Below are positions 14,706 to 27,629 of a stretch of 64,000 nucleotides of DNA, piece after piece (position 1 is the stretch's first letter; every line of letters starts with the position of its first letter). A program made the position numbers and the translations under genes. The stretch is from assembly GCF_009914755.1 (NCBI RefSeq), contig NC_060938.1; one strand, given 5' to 3'. A model generated the notes under the pieces. That model did no database searches, was not told the origin of the DNA, and saw nothing but the letters and a program-made list of their open reading frames with translations. The stretch is from the human T2T-CHM13v2.0 reference genome, Homo sapiens.

Positions 14706-16989
14706 ACTACGAAAAATGCAAATGCATAGATATTAATCACTGACTTCTTCATTCAGCACTTTTCAAAAATTAAAGGAGTCATTTGAATGCAGCCTAGTTT
14801 TCCTAATGCATGTCTGTTTTCTGTGGCGCATATGGGAAATTTATAATAAAGGTGATTTCTAAGATTAATAGAGATAAATTTAGACCTATCTATATTACCC
14901 AAACCCCATTCTTAAAAAAAAGTAAATATTAAAGTATCAATGACATTTAAGTTAAGCATTATACAATTTTTCATTTTCTCTTTTGTAAAAATAAAATTTT
15001 ATTCAAACAATAAGCTGAAATCCTAATGTCATTTCATTCCCATTCTAGATTACTAGAGTAGCAGTAGACCTGAATAGCCTCAAAACAATGCCTAAATTAC
15101 TCTCAAAGAAAGGTGATAATTGCCATAAAAGGCTTTTAATATTGGATATGGAATCTTGGGAAGAGAATGAGAGGGAGAGAAATAATGTCAGAGCTCTACT
15201 TGTGAACATAAAATCCGATAGACCTGATACTCAAACGGAAATTACTTTCTGTCAGAGTACACATTCCTGTCAGAGTACACATTCAGTACAATGCCTTAGG
15301 GATACGTCAGCCTCTGCCACAATTTAATCTGTAAGTATCTAAGAATCTCGCCATTCCTTGTCAGCCATGCTGCCAAGACGTGCAGAGCATGAAGTAGTGG
15401 GTTCCCTAGGCCCATCTCCAACTCCTCCTATCTCTATTCAAATAAAAAACAGTGTCTCCCATTACCGCCCATGCACTACAGGCCATGGCCATGAAAGCAT
15501 TTTCCAAGATGGTGTGTAAAGCCTTACCTTTAAACCATTGCTTAATGTCCTTACTTTAAACCAGGGAGTTTCTTTTTGACTCTCCCAAGGACACAAGTAC
15601 TGCAAGGGGAGATATATTCATTTCTACTAAAGTATTTCAACTCTTTTCTCTAAATTATGAACAAAATTATTGACATTGTAACTTCATTTAGTATATGCCA
15701 CCATTTAACATAGGTTTGTATTAATCAGATTATTAGAACCACACCTAGCACCTTAGGCGAGCATGCTACATCACTGATAATACACAGAGAGATTAAACCT
15801 GAACAAACGTTTATTTCTACCTCCTTAGTTAAGATGTCTAGAAATCTACAACTTCCCAGATTGCTATCTTAGGTGAAGAGAAATTCTGTGATTTATCTGG
15901 AAGGTAAACCTTCTTCTACAAGACTGGACTTTCAAATTTTCTCCCAGGAAATGCTAAAATCTAACTCTACTTGAAGGCCTAAAAGAATGGGGGTAGTTCC
16001 AAGCAGGGTGCTAACTTATGCCTGCAGCGTGTCTCCCTTAGGCAAGGAAGTAGTATATCTTCAAGCAAAGAGCTAACAACCTCTACTACAGGGACCAGTA
16101 GTACTACAGGGACAGGTAGGTGCTTCTAAGAACACGGAGGGCTTTAAGTGGGGAAGGATGGAAGTGATACTGAAACCTAAGTCCTCCCACACAGATTCTT
16201 CCAATTCTTGGGTATACGTGGCTTTATCATTCAATACTATAACGCTAGTGAAAGGGAAAGTGTCAAGTTGTGAACTTGAATAATGACATGCTTCAGCAGG
16301 CACAGGATCAGACTTTCTGAGTTTAGTCTTTGGGACCACTGCCAAAATAATGCTGAAGGAGAAGTATATTTCATGAGCCACCCCAACCCCTACTCTGTAA
16401 TGAGTCCCATATCTCCATATTTACTCACTCAGATGCAAGGTTTTTGGACTAAGCTGATGATTAGCTGGGCTGGTCACTTATCTTGCAGGAAAGACTCACG
16501 GTTCCTGCAACTGTCATAGTACAGAGTGGCAGGGAAGATGCGCGTCATTAATAGGTAATTATCCAAAAAACAAGACTAAACTGCAAATAGGAAAGGGGGG
16601 ATGGTAGAAAATAAACCAAAGAATAATACACATCTATCACGTTATTCATTGACCCCCCCCAAAAAAGCCATATTTCAGAGACCATATATGTTATGCTTAA
16701 ATATTTTTAAATCAGTAACTTTTCCTTTTGTCTTTCTGAGTAAACGGGCTTAGTCCTAGTCATTCCAACTACCTATCTGAATGGGAATTATGTGATTAGT
16801 AACTAAGAGTTTTGTTCTGGGTTAGCAATATAGGATTCTGTGACATAAGGAATTCAAAGAGAAAGAGCAATGTAATATTCAGCTTCTGGTATGCAAAATA
16901 GGATTTATCAAGCACAATAGGCTTGTAAACCAGATTACCAACTTCAGAAAATAATATTGTTTCTTTATATCCCATTTTAGCAACTCAAG

Positions 16990-17785
16990 AGACAAGCTTG
17001 TTTAACTGACCATACAGATTTAATATAAGGGATACCCAAACAGGAATAGGATATCACATATAGGAGAGTCTGCTCCTTTCAGTCTCAAAGGAGGGCAGGG
17101 AAGAGGGAGCAGAACAAGATTGTTTGGCATGTGAATTGATTTTCCCTTCTCTGTGCTCTGCGTGGAGAGGAAGAAGCTCATCAGATTAGCCAGGGTAAAA
17201 CTGAAGGCAGAGCAGGGGTCCAGCTTCTTGGCCCTTGTTCTAGACTCAGAAAAGAGATTGTCTCTCAGGCTGCTCCTGATGACAAAGCCCTATCACCTTG
17301 GCAGGAAGGAAGAAGACTCAAGACTTAATCTGTGGATGAGTCTTTGGTTCCTGTGTAGCCTGCAAGGGAAGTAGAGGCAGCTGAGAGTGTAGCTGGGGCA
17401 CCTACCGGAGAGGCTGCCGTAACTGCTGTGAGGGTATGGAACAGACTCTCCTGAGGAATCACACTGGACACATACCCAGGTCTCAGAAGAGTGAAGATCA
17501 AGCTGGCCAGTGCTACAGGGAAGCGCTGCCCAAGATGAAAGGCAGCAGATGTCACTTTATAGTGGCTGCAGACTACAACCAGACAAATGCCAACAGAACA
17601 ACCAACAACCAAATGGATGGACCTCACTCAGTGGCAGAGGAGCCAGAGGACCCAAATCTTCTCTCCTGCCTCAAAGATGCATAAGCTGTCCTCTTCCTGG
17701 GCATCAAGGAGGTTATTTAAGAAACTAAGCTTTCTTGGCCCAAGACAGACTAAAAGGGACCGCTTGAAATTTTAAACTAATTCCA
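16990..17785. mobile_element. Probable ancient LTR (possibly Gypsy-class MamGypLTR/LTR8x-like), family uncertain
   Basis: Purine- and GC-richer island with no recognisable protein; assignment by general texture only. Confidence 0.3.
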
Positions 17786-17809
17786 ACGTTTAGTTCACTT
17801 TTTCCTACT

Positions 17810-18403
17810 AATTTTCTTTCCTACTCTATCAGTCTTCCCATCTTAAACATGGGACTTCTATGTTTCAATTGTTCAGGCAGAAGCTTTGCCATCATCTTTG
17901 ACCCTTTTCTTTCTCTCAAACCCCAAAACTACACTCCTCTTGGCTCACCCTGTTCCAGCCACACTGGCTTCCTTGTGGTTCAGCAAACAGGCCGGATACA
18001 TTGCAGCCACGATGCCTTTGCATGGGTGCTTCTCTCTGGATGGGATGCTCTTCTCCAAGATGTGCACATGAATACATTCTGGTGCTCACATTCTTTCATT
18101 CTTGGCTCCCCTGGCACTTCCTGAATGGAACCCACTCTGATCTTATTTAAAATTACACTTTGCTTTCACTGGCAGCTCAGCCCCCAAAAGCTCCTTCCCT
18201 GTTTTCTCAACATGGCAATTATTACCTTCTAACATACTCTATAATTTATGTATTTGTTTTTGTTTGTTGTCTGTCTCCTGCCAATAGAATGTAAGAAACA
18301 CAGCTACAGGGATTTTTGTGTATTTTATTCACGGTCATATTTCTAGTTTCGAAAATAGAGCCTGACATTGTAGTAGGCACTAAACAAATATTTCTTGAAG
18401 GAA
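17810..18403 (+). mobile_element. L2a 3' region
   Basis: ccagccacactggcttcctt...gcctttgca...tagaatgtaag...agtaggcactaaacaaatatttcttgaa. Confidence 0.8.
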
Positions 18404-18649
18404 AGATTAATCAAAGGTTCAAGGTTTAGGAGGAAAATCAGATTTGTTATAGACCAAATTAAAGAAATTACATTTTCCCTATACATCCATTTGCCCTTGA
18501 CATTATAGCTGCTCAAAGAGGATTTATTGTTCCTTGTGTGTGCATTCCTCACCATATTCTTATTGTCACCCTTCCCAGTTTCCCAGTTCAGGCCCTGGAC
18601 TGAGTGATGTCTAATGAGAGTAAAACCAAAATGAAGACATTTGCATAAA

Positions 18650-18872
18650 AATAGCAATTAACATTTACTGAATACTTCCTAGATACTATTCAATCACTTT
18701 ACATATATCAGTTCATTTGATACAACCACTTACCAGGTAATATTATCAACCTGCAAGAATAAATGAGGCAACTAAGGCACAGAGAGGTTGAGAAAGTTAC
18801 CCAAGTTGGTATTATGGTAGAACTAGGACTCAAATCTAGGCAATGTGACTTTAAAGTGCATGTTTTTAACTT
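18650..18872 (-). mobile_element. MIR (MIRb-like)
   Basis: aacatttactga...atgaggcaactaaggcacagagaggttgag...ggactcaaatctaggcaatgtgact. Confidence 0.8.
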
Positions 18873-19289
18873 CACCCTGAGGTTTGTGTGTTTCCAATGG
18901 TTGCTTGGATACCTTGCAGCAACTGCCTGCTTATTTTGTGAACTCTGCTATATTAAGAGCTACTTCATTATCAGGAAAAAAAATTCAAGACATAAGAAAC
19001 ACAAATATATAAAGCAAAACACTAAACAAAATACCTAAGCATAGTAGGGTTTTTAAAATCACATAAATGGCACCAACTAAAAATGTATGCTATAAAAAGA
19101 TTATGTATGTATGTATGTACGTATGTATTTAAACTATTTTTATGGTAAATTTGGAGAGAATGGAACTAATGAAAAATAACAACTTCTAAAGATAGAAAGT
19201 AAAAGTACACAGATTGGCAGATGAGGTAGGAAAAAGAAGGCCAGAGATAAAAGGCAGGCAAAATCAATCACTCTTGTGTTAAAAAACAG

Positions 19290-19400
19290 TAGAACTTGGA
19301 AAAATCACTTAACCTTTCTGGGTCCAATTCTTCATTTGTAATGAGGTTGTTAAGAACAAATAAGTTATAAAAGGACCCTTCTCAGCTCTAAAAACTATGT
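19290..19400 (+). mobile_element. MIR3-like fragment
   Basis: aaatcacttaacctttctggg...ttcttcatttgtaatg...ggacccttctcagctctaaaa. Confidence 0.55.
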
Positions 19401-19739
19401 CTCTAAGTCCAAATTAAGTATTGTCCATAAATTCTATAGCATCTTCCATCAGACTGCATTATCTTTAATATTCCATCCAGTTAACAAGCCTTCAGTTATT
19501 TAAGACTTTTAGCAAAATTTATGTTTTCATGGCACATTTAAAGGACTCTCTGTAAAACAATATGTTTTTAAGAACTCATTCAAGTTCTACTCTAATTTAA
19601 AATTTTAAAAATCCAAAAGCTTTTAGCTTTTGGAGAAATTAGAAAAAAAAAAGTGTTTACTATTTTAACTATGTTTCCTATCTGATTTTCTTATAATAGT
19701 AATTTCCAATTCAAAAATATTAAAACCAATGTCACTTTT

Positions 19740-20070
19740 TAAGCTTATTATTGTGAGATAATAAGAAATAATAGAGATCACTTCTATCTTTTGCTCACTT
19801 TCTCCCAATGGTGCCATTTTGTTTAACTGCCATTGGATATCACGACTAGAAAATTGACATTAATACAATCCACTGGCATTATCTGAATTTCACTAGTTTT
19901 TACCCACACTTGTGTGTGTGTGTATGTGTATGTGTGTGTGTATTTAGTTTCATGCAATTCTATCATTTTATCACATGTACTGTGAACTCCAACAGAGTCA
20001 AAACAACAGTTTCATCACAAAGATCCCTCATCCAACTAATTTATAGCCACAGTTACCTCCCTTCCTCCCT
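19740..20070 (-). mobile_element. L1MD-like 3' end with internal (TG)n
   Basis: tctcccaatggt...aattgacattaatacaatccac...tatttagtttcatgcaatt. Confidence 0.7.
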
Positions 20071-20959
20071 ATTTTTCTTTAAAATAAAAGAGAAGCAAAG
20101 AAAATTATCTGGGCAATAGCATCTTAATTTAGATTCAACCCACAAAATGGTTATTGATAAAACTTTAAACCACTAGAATTAAGAAACTATTTAGATTAAC
20201 AAGAAAGATACTTATGTAATGAGAAAAACACACTAGAAATAACATCATTATCTGTTCCTTACCACACAATTAAATTTAGAATGAAAGCATCTCTGGGAAA
20301 TAATTTCAATTATGTAGTCCTAGATCATTAGAAGATTTTACTAAGATTAAATTGGGACTTAAGCAGCCAGTATTCATTTGGAGAGCAACAAAAACCACAG
20401 AGTAAACACTCTAGCCAAAGAGTTAATTCTAGCCAAAAGAATATTCAAACTAAATTTTCTAAAAGAAGAAAAGATGCAACATATTGTATATAAAATGGAG
20501 GATTTAGTTATTTTTTTAAAAAAGTTTATGAGTGTAAAATGAATGAAATGTCAAAGAGGAAGACGTATACACATTTTCATATTTTCTATATATAAACATA
20601 TGTGTGTAGAATATGTACACATTAGAATTTTAAGGCTCTAATGCAAGTTTTTATGTTTCTTCCACCACATCTGTATGTTAACAAATGGAAAAGAATGTAT
20701 TTTAATGGAGATTATCAGGACTATTTGTCATAATTGAAAAAAATACAGAACTACTGTAGGCCTACATTTTTATGCTTGAAACATGAAGAGGTGTGTTGAC
20801 TATAAAAAATTAGGATGGTAATGATACTGATGTCAAAATTTAGCCTAAACTGATTCTGTCTCTCCTTCCTTCAGCCCTTTCCTCCTTCCCTTCTTCCTTA
20901 TTGCCTTCTTCTTTCTTTCTACCTTTCTCCCTCTTGCCTCGTTTTTTCCTTTCTTAAAC

Positions 20960-21590
20960 TCTTTTATTGTAGAAATTTTCAAGCCTATTCAAAAACAGAG
21001 TAGATCAGTTTAATGAGCTGATATATACATTACTCCAATCATCATCAATGCATGACCAATCTTTTTCACCTGTATCCAAAGCCACTTAACCACCCCATTC
21101 CAATAAGTCTGAAGCAAATATCAAACCATATCATCCCATCTGTAAATATTTCAGTATATATTTCTAAAATAAAATTATTCTTATATTGTAAACATAACTA
21201 TAATGCCTTTATCCCACCAAAAAAAAAAATCCTTAACAGCATATCATGAAAGAAGTAATCAGTATTCCTATTTCCCAAAATTTTTTAAAGTTTGTCTGTT
21301 TGGACTGGAATCATGCAATGCAATTTCATGCACTGAATTGCTTGATAGGCCTCTTAAATCCCTTTTAATCTAGATTCTCCCTCTAGCTCCTTTTATTCCA
21401 CTTGTGTGTGTGTGTGTGTGTTTTGTTTTTTTGTTTTTAGTGGAAAACAGACCTTTGTCATGCAAACTTTTCCAGTCTAAATAGTGACTAAAATGATTCC
21501 TATGTATTCATGAAACCCAGAGCTTTGGTCATATACAGGTTCAGTTTTGTGTGTATAGGTGAGAGAGAATTAGTCAGACTAATTCACAAA
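20960..21590 (-). mobile_element. Old L1M (L1MC/ME-type) 3' region
   Basis: ttttattgtagaaattttcaa...gaagcaaatatcaaac...catctgtaaatatttcagtat. Confidence 0.55.
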
Positions 21591-21593
21591 GAA

Positions 21594-22083
21594 TGTGGTG
21601 GCTTTACAAACATGTGAAAATCTTCAACACTTCCTCCATCAAGAGGTTGAAGAAAAGTGGGGCTGGGAATGGGGGATTCTGAGGAGACCAGTCCTTTCCC
21701 CTTGAATGTGGGTAGGCTTTTGACTATTTTGTAACCAATAGAATGCAAGGAAGGGATGTTGTGTGACTTCCCAGGCTAGGTTAGAAAAGGCAATGAGATT
21801 TTGCACTGTTACCTGGGACACTTGTGCTTGGAGCCTTGGGGCAGCCATCCTGTGAGGAAGTGGTAACTTATAGAGAGCCATATGTGGATTCTCTTGTAGG
21901 CAATGCTAGTCTTCTAGTCATCCCTAGATAAATTCCAGATGGGTGAGTCAATAAATTCTCAGACGAATCAATTTTTCAGGTGTAGAGTCAGCCCCAGCCT
22001 TCAAATCTTCCAAATTTATAGTAATAAAATGGTTAAGTCCTTAAGTTCTGTGATAATTTTTGGTAACAATAATGACAGGTACA
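21594..22083 (+). mobile_element. MaLR solo LTR (MLT1G/H-like)
   Basis: tgtggtggc start, ccccttgaatgtggg, ccaatagaatg, gtgtgacttcccaggctagg, AATAAA, ends ...ggtaca. Confidence 0.75.
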
Positions 22084-22399
22084 AGGATGTTGTGTTGTAC
22101 CACAAGCAGGTATATATCATCTACATGCTTCTATTTTTGCATTAGCAGCCACTGATGACCATTAGTAAATTAACAAATAAGGAGTTGCAAAATAATGATA
22201 TTCCGTTTCTATCATAAATTGTTCACTTACTTATTAGTTGGAACTTCTAGAAGAAACTTCCCCTCATCAACCCTTTGGTTACTATAAGACAAAAAAAAAC
22301 ATATAGAAAAAGCAAGACAAATGATTTTTAATCTTAATCTACCTGTTTTCAAAATAATAAGCTGGTTCCATACCATCTTTCAAGAATGAAGAATGAAAT

Positions 22400-23500
22400 C
22401 TTACAAAGAGATCCCTGTACACTTTGCCCAGTTTTCCACAATGGCAATATTTTGCAGATATATTTACAATATCACAATCAGGATATCAACATCGATATGA
22501 TTCACTAATCTTATTAAGTATTCCTCAGTTTTACTTGTACTCGTGTGTGTGTGTGTGTATGTGTGTGTGTGTGTAAGTTCTATACAGTGTATCACCTGTG
22601 AAGCCTAGGCCTCCATGATTTCAGATGAGAAATCTCCTGTCATTCAAATTGCTGTTGCCCTATTAGTAAGCTGTCATTTATCTCTGCTGTCAATATTTTT
22701 TCTGTATCTCCAGTATTCAAAAGTTTAATTATGATGTGGGTCTTTTAGGGTTCATTCAGCTTGGGGTTCACTCAGCTTCTATGATCTCTAGTTTTGTGTC
22801 TTTTACCAAAGTTGGAGCTTTCAATCATTATGTCCTCAAATATTCTTTCAGCACAACCTTCTCCTCTCCTTCTGTGAATCTGATGATATAAACATTGAGT
22901 CTTTTGTTATTGTCCCTGTGGCTCTGTTCTTTTTTCTTCTTTTTCAATTTATTTTCTCCCTATTGTTCAAATGAGGTGAATTCTTTCTTCCAGTTTGTTG
23001 ATTCTATCTTCTGTTATCTCATTCTACTACTCAACCCATCCGTGATATTTTTCTTTCTGTTGTTGTATTTCTCATTTCCATAACATCCATTTGGTACTTT
23101 TGCATAACTTTTATTTCTTTGTTGAGATTATCCATTTGTGACAGAGATTGTTCAGGAATTTTTATGATTCCTTCTTTAAATCTATTTCCAGTACCCGATT
23201 TATTTCAATGTTGGTGGCAGATGTTTGTTTTATTTATTCTCATGATTCTTGGTATGGCAAGTGATTTTTAAAATCATATTCTAGACATTGTCTGTTATGT
23301 TATGAGACTGTGGGTTCTATTTAAATGTTTTATTTAAGCAGGCAATCACTCTGGTTAGGTTTATCATGTGGGTCTTCACCTACTTTTGTAGGCTATGGTT
23401 CTAATGACAGTTAAATTTTCAGAGACCTTGTAGTGTTGTTTTGTTCAGCTTGGTTTATCTGCTGGATATCCCACTGGCCCGTGCTAGAGCTGCCTGAGGA
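22400..23500 (-). mobile_element. L1MD-like element: 3' end joined to ORF1/5' region
   Basis: 3' end motif acaatatcacaatcaggatat..(TG)n, then ggcctccatgatttcagatgagaaatc (ORF1 region antisense). Confidence 0.6.
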
Positions 23501-24614
23501 GGGTGAGCCTAGTTTTTGATAGCTTCCTTGGCTTCTGAAATACTAAGACTTTCCAAGTTTACCACGTAAATATTTATACCTGATCAGAACCAACCAATTC
23601 TCCAAGGAGTTTTGGGGACTTTTTTCATGGCAAATGGTATTTAAATATCATAATCTTGGTGCTATAGATACACTCATTGATAACTGCACTGGTCTCTGTT
23701 TGTGAAGCTGTACATACACATCAAACCCAAAATTTGTTTAAGATAAAATCCAACATGAGGTCATACTGATACAATTCAAATTTACTACTACATGATTTTT
23801 ACTTAACCTTAGTAATCTATCCATAAATCTCAGTTTTCAATAATACCTATATAATTAATCATTTGATTTATTCCTCAAGACAAACATAATTGTCTAAAAT
23901 ACCACCAATACCACAAGAAAATATGTTTTTTAAAAAATCTAATTTTTTTGCAATCCTTTTTGTCATTAAGGTATAACCCACTAAGGATATATAGCTATCT
24001 TGAAATTTCTTCTGTTCAACATTAACTTTGTTTGAAAATTACATAAAATATTTACATTGTTCTAAAGTCAAAAATAGGTATAGTACCCTCATTTCTTAAA
24101 TAGTAGCATATAAGTCATTTATCTCATATTATGGTATATCCTGTAGATTAATGTGCCATTTGATGTAGAAATATTTGCATTCCTTTTCATTGCTGCATAC
24201 TACTACATATTCTGGATGTACCATTTTTTTTCTTCACGTCCCCTATGGACATTTGGTTATTTCCAGTATTTGCTATTAAAGGTAGTGCCGCATAAGAAGC
24301 GTTATTTACTGGAATTTTGTATTGTTTTCACTGTATCTTTTGATATACATTCCTAAAAGGGGAATTGAAGAGTCAAAAAATGCTTATGAAAATTAACTAG
24401 ATTCTGAGTCACTTTCAGAGGATTGTACCATTTTTGCATTCCTACAAGCAATGTTTGAAAGGGTCTATTTCCTCACAGTCCCCAGCCTCACAGACATTGT
24501 CATGCATTTGGATTTTTTAATAAGTTGTTTATATATTAGGGATATGGGAATATCACCTCTTGTCTGTGATAAGACTTGCAAATACTGTTTCCATTTTTTT
24601 TCGATTATTTTCCA

Positions 24615-24721
24615 TTTTTTATTTTATTATTATTATACTTTAAGTTTTAGGGTACATGTGCACAATGTGCAGGTTAGCTACATATGTATCCATGTGCCAT
24701 GCTGGTGTGCTGCACCCATTA
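24615..24721 (-). mobile_element. Young L1PA (L1PA2/3-like) extreme 3' end, about 100 bp
   Basis: atactttaagttttagggtacatgtgcacaatgtgcaggttag...gctgcacccatta. Confidence 0.9.
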
Positions 24722-25155
24722 TTTGTTTTTTATTTTGCTTATGGTGAAAATGTTTTGCCATTTTAAAAAACTGCTATGCAATCAAATTAGTCAATCTTTA
24801 CTCCCTGATTGCCTCTGAATTTTAGCTAGTAGTCATGTAAATTTAATCTGTAGCCACATTATAAAAGCATTTGCTTCCTATAGTATTTGAATAATTAAAG
24901 TTTTTACATTAAACTTCTGGCCCATTTAAAATTATACTGATGAATGGTGTCAGAATAGATCTAATTTTTATATTTTTCCATATAAATATCCAGTTGTTAC
25001 AGCACATTTATTAAAAGGTATATCCATCTCCACTGATTTCAAATTCTAGCTTCATTGTAAACTAAATTTCCTTCAGTATTTGGGCCTATTTGGGGAGATT
25101 TTCTATTCTGTTCTAGTAGTCCTTCTAGTCAATTTTTTTAAAATTGTAAGTTTTA

Positions 25156-25225
25156 GGCTGGGTGTGGTAGCTCACGCCTGTAATAAAAAAATAAAAATAT
25201 AAATAAATAAAATAATAAAATAAAA
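25156..25225 (+). mobile_element. Alu remnant: 29-nt head fused to an A-rich tail
   Basis: ggctgggtgtggtagctcacgcctgtaat plus A-rich tail, flanked by aaaattgtaagtttta/aaaactctaagtttta. Confidence 0.8.
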
Positions 25226-25260
25226 CTCTAAGTTTTATATTATTACTATTATTTTTAGGG

Positions 25261-25557
25261 TTTTTGTTTTTTTTTTGAGACGGAGTTTCGCTCTTGTCAT
25301 CCAGGCTGACGTGCAATGGCATGACCTCAGCCACTGCAAACTCTGCTTCCCGGGTTCAAGTGATTCTCCTGTCTCAGCCTCCTGAGTAGCTGGGATTACA
25401 GGTGCCTGCCACCATGCCCAGCTAATTTTGTATTTTTAGTACAGATGGGGTTTCACTATGTTGGCCAGGCTGGTCTCGAACTCCTGACCTCAGGTGATCC
25501 ATCTGCCTCAGGCTCCCAAAGTGGTGGGATTACAGGCATGAGCCACTGCACCCAGCC
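25261..25557 (-). mobile_element. AluS (Sq/Sx-like), full length
   Basis: gagtttcgctcttgtc...gcaatggc; TSD agtttta(t/a)attat. Confidence 0.95.
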
Positions 25558-27414
25558 AGTTTTAAATTATGTTTTAATATCTGGTAGCATTAACCTTTTC
25601 ACTTCTCTTCTTTTTCAGCATTTTGCTGGATATTCTTGCCTTTTCATTCTTCCAAATGAATTTTATAATCAACTTTTCAAGATACATTTAATACAAAAAA
25701 ATCTGACTGTATGTGCATTAAGACTGCTTTACATATAAAAAATAACTTAGAAATAAATGATATTTTATGATGTTTGAGTCTTCCTATTCAAGGAACTAAT
25801 ATGCCTTTCATTTCTTCCAGTATACTTCTATATCTTTCACATGTGTATTTCAGTTTTCCTCATATGGGTTTTGACATTTCTTGTTAAGGCTAATTACACC
25901 TAGGTAGTTTATTTTCTTTATCAATAAATGAATGGGGTCTTCTTTTGCATATTATCAGTAGGTTTTTTTCTGATTGGTTCAGTTTTCATTATTAACAATT
26001 TTGATAGTTTGCTTATGAAATGGCAAATGAGTAAATTATTGTATCACTATAACAAATCTAAAAACTAGGAGAAAAATTAAGAATAAGAGAGTAGCCAAAA
26101 AAGGAATTGTCTTAAAAAAAAAAAGCCAGCACAACAATTTGTTTTGTAACCTGTTTTTGTACCCTGGACCTTTTGAGGATATGAGGATATGAGGATACAA
26201 ACAGATATTCTATACCTACAACTATTTGCAAAATACTGCTATTTGTTAAGAACATGTATTAACAATCTAATAATGAAATCATGCCATAAATTGGTGCAAA
26301 CATAATTCCCATTACCAAAGGGTTTAGAACAGAGGCCAGTTATCTGTTGTTCACATCTCCCTCACTAGATATATGTTACTAGATAAGAGATCTTATTGAC
26401 TGTTTTCTCATGAGAAATATCACAATTACAGTATGATATATTGAGTATAGGAGAGAAGAAAAGTTAAGAAATTCAGATTTAACTCTTGAAAAAGAAACAA
26501 AATATATTTATTTGCATCTACTTTGGTGTCAACTGAATTCATACACGTCTCACCACCTATGAAAATAATTAAAATATATTGTGAAAACATAAGAGTAACT
26601 TATCAAATTCATAAAACATAATTTCTTAAATTCTTCCACAAGTTACTCTGGATATTTATAAGTATTAAAGAAATAGATTTACTTTATTTAAATACTTTCA
26701 TTAAGTACTATACAACTGAATATAAAGCAAGTGACTTATAATTTAAAGTTCTCCTAAAACATGACAATCAAATTAACCCCTTTTTGTTTGATCCTACATC
26801 AACCTGTCCAAATGGTCTACTAACTGGTCAGGAATTTTATAGTATGTGCATTCTATTGACTTTAATTGGATATTTTCTTGAACAGAATAAAAAAATCAAA
26901 CGTGATTTTGAATAACAAGAACTGACAATGCACAAACTCCAGCAAAACATTAACCCAAAACAATTTCAAGACCATAATATGATTTTGGAAATAAACCATC
27001 TGATATTCAAATTGTCCAATAGTTTCCTCTAAAGTGATACAAAAAATTATCGTCTGAAATCATTAACTTGCACACTCTGGAACATTAAAGTAAATCTTGA
27101 TAACTTATCAAATACAATGAACATCCATCCTCTTAAGAGAAACAGTATAGCAGCTAAAAACAAAGCAGCTTTTTGGCTTATATGAGAAGCTATCTAATTT
27201 TGTTTGTTTTTCTGTTCTCAAGAAATGGTTTTCATTGTTTCTATAGATCGAGTTAAATGTTGGACTGAGGCAATATAACACAATGAATTCACTTAGGAGA
27301 CCTTTCCAGTAACTACTCTAAAATAATCCTGTATTACTTGCCCTTTTTCTTCCCAATGAAGAAAAAAACCACTCCCTTTAGAATATGGTCTAAAGACTGA
27401 CATATAAGACTATG

Positions 27415-27415
<1 letters not shown>

Positions 27416-27451
<36 letters not shown>

Positions 27452-27472
27452 TATATGTCTGTGTGTGTGTGT
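27416..27472. repeat. (TG)n microsatellite, interrupted
   Basis: Read directly from the sequence. Confidence 0.95.
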
Positions 27473-27629
27473 AACCACACTAATATGATACTTACATAGC
27501 ATGAATTAACATCATAATAACAATCACTTCCCTTTCAAACATACATAAGAAAGAGGCTAGCTTATAAGAGATAATATATGTAAAATTACAGTTGTAACAT
27601 CTTATTACTTGCAGTAGTAAATAGCAGTG

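Larger units (their letters stand above)
23510..25960 (-). mobile_element. Old L1M remnant with nested younger L1PA and Alu insertions
   Basis: atggacatttggttatttccag, atccagttgttacagcacatttatt, gagtcttcctattcaagg: antisense L1 ORF2/3' motifs. Confidence 0.6.
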
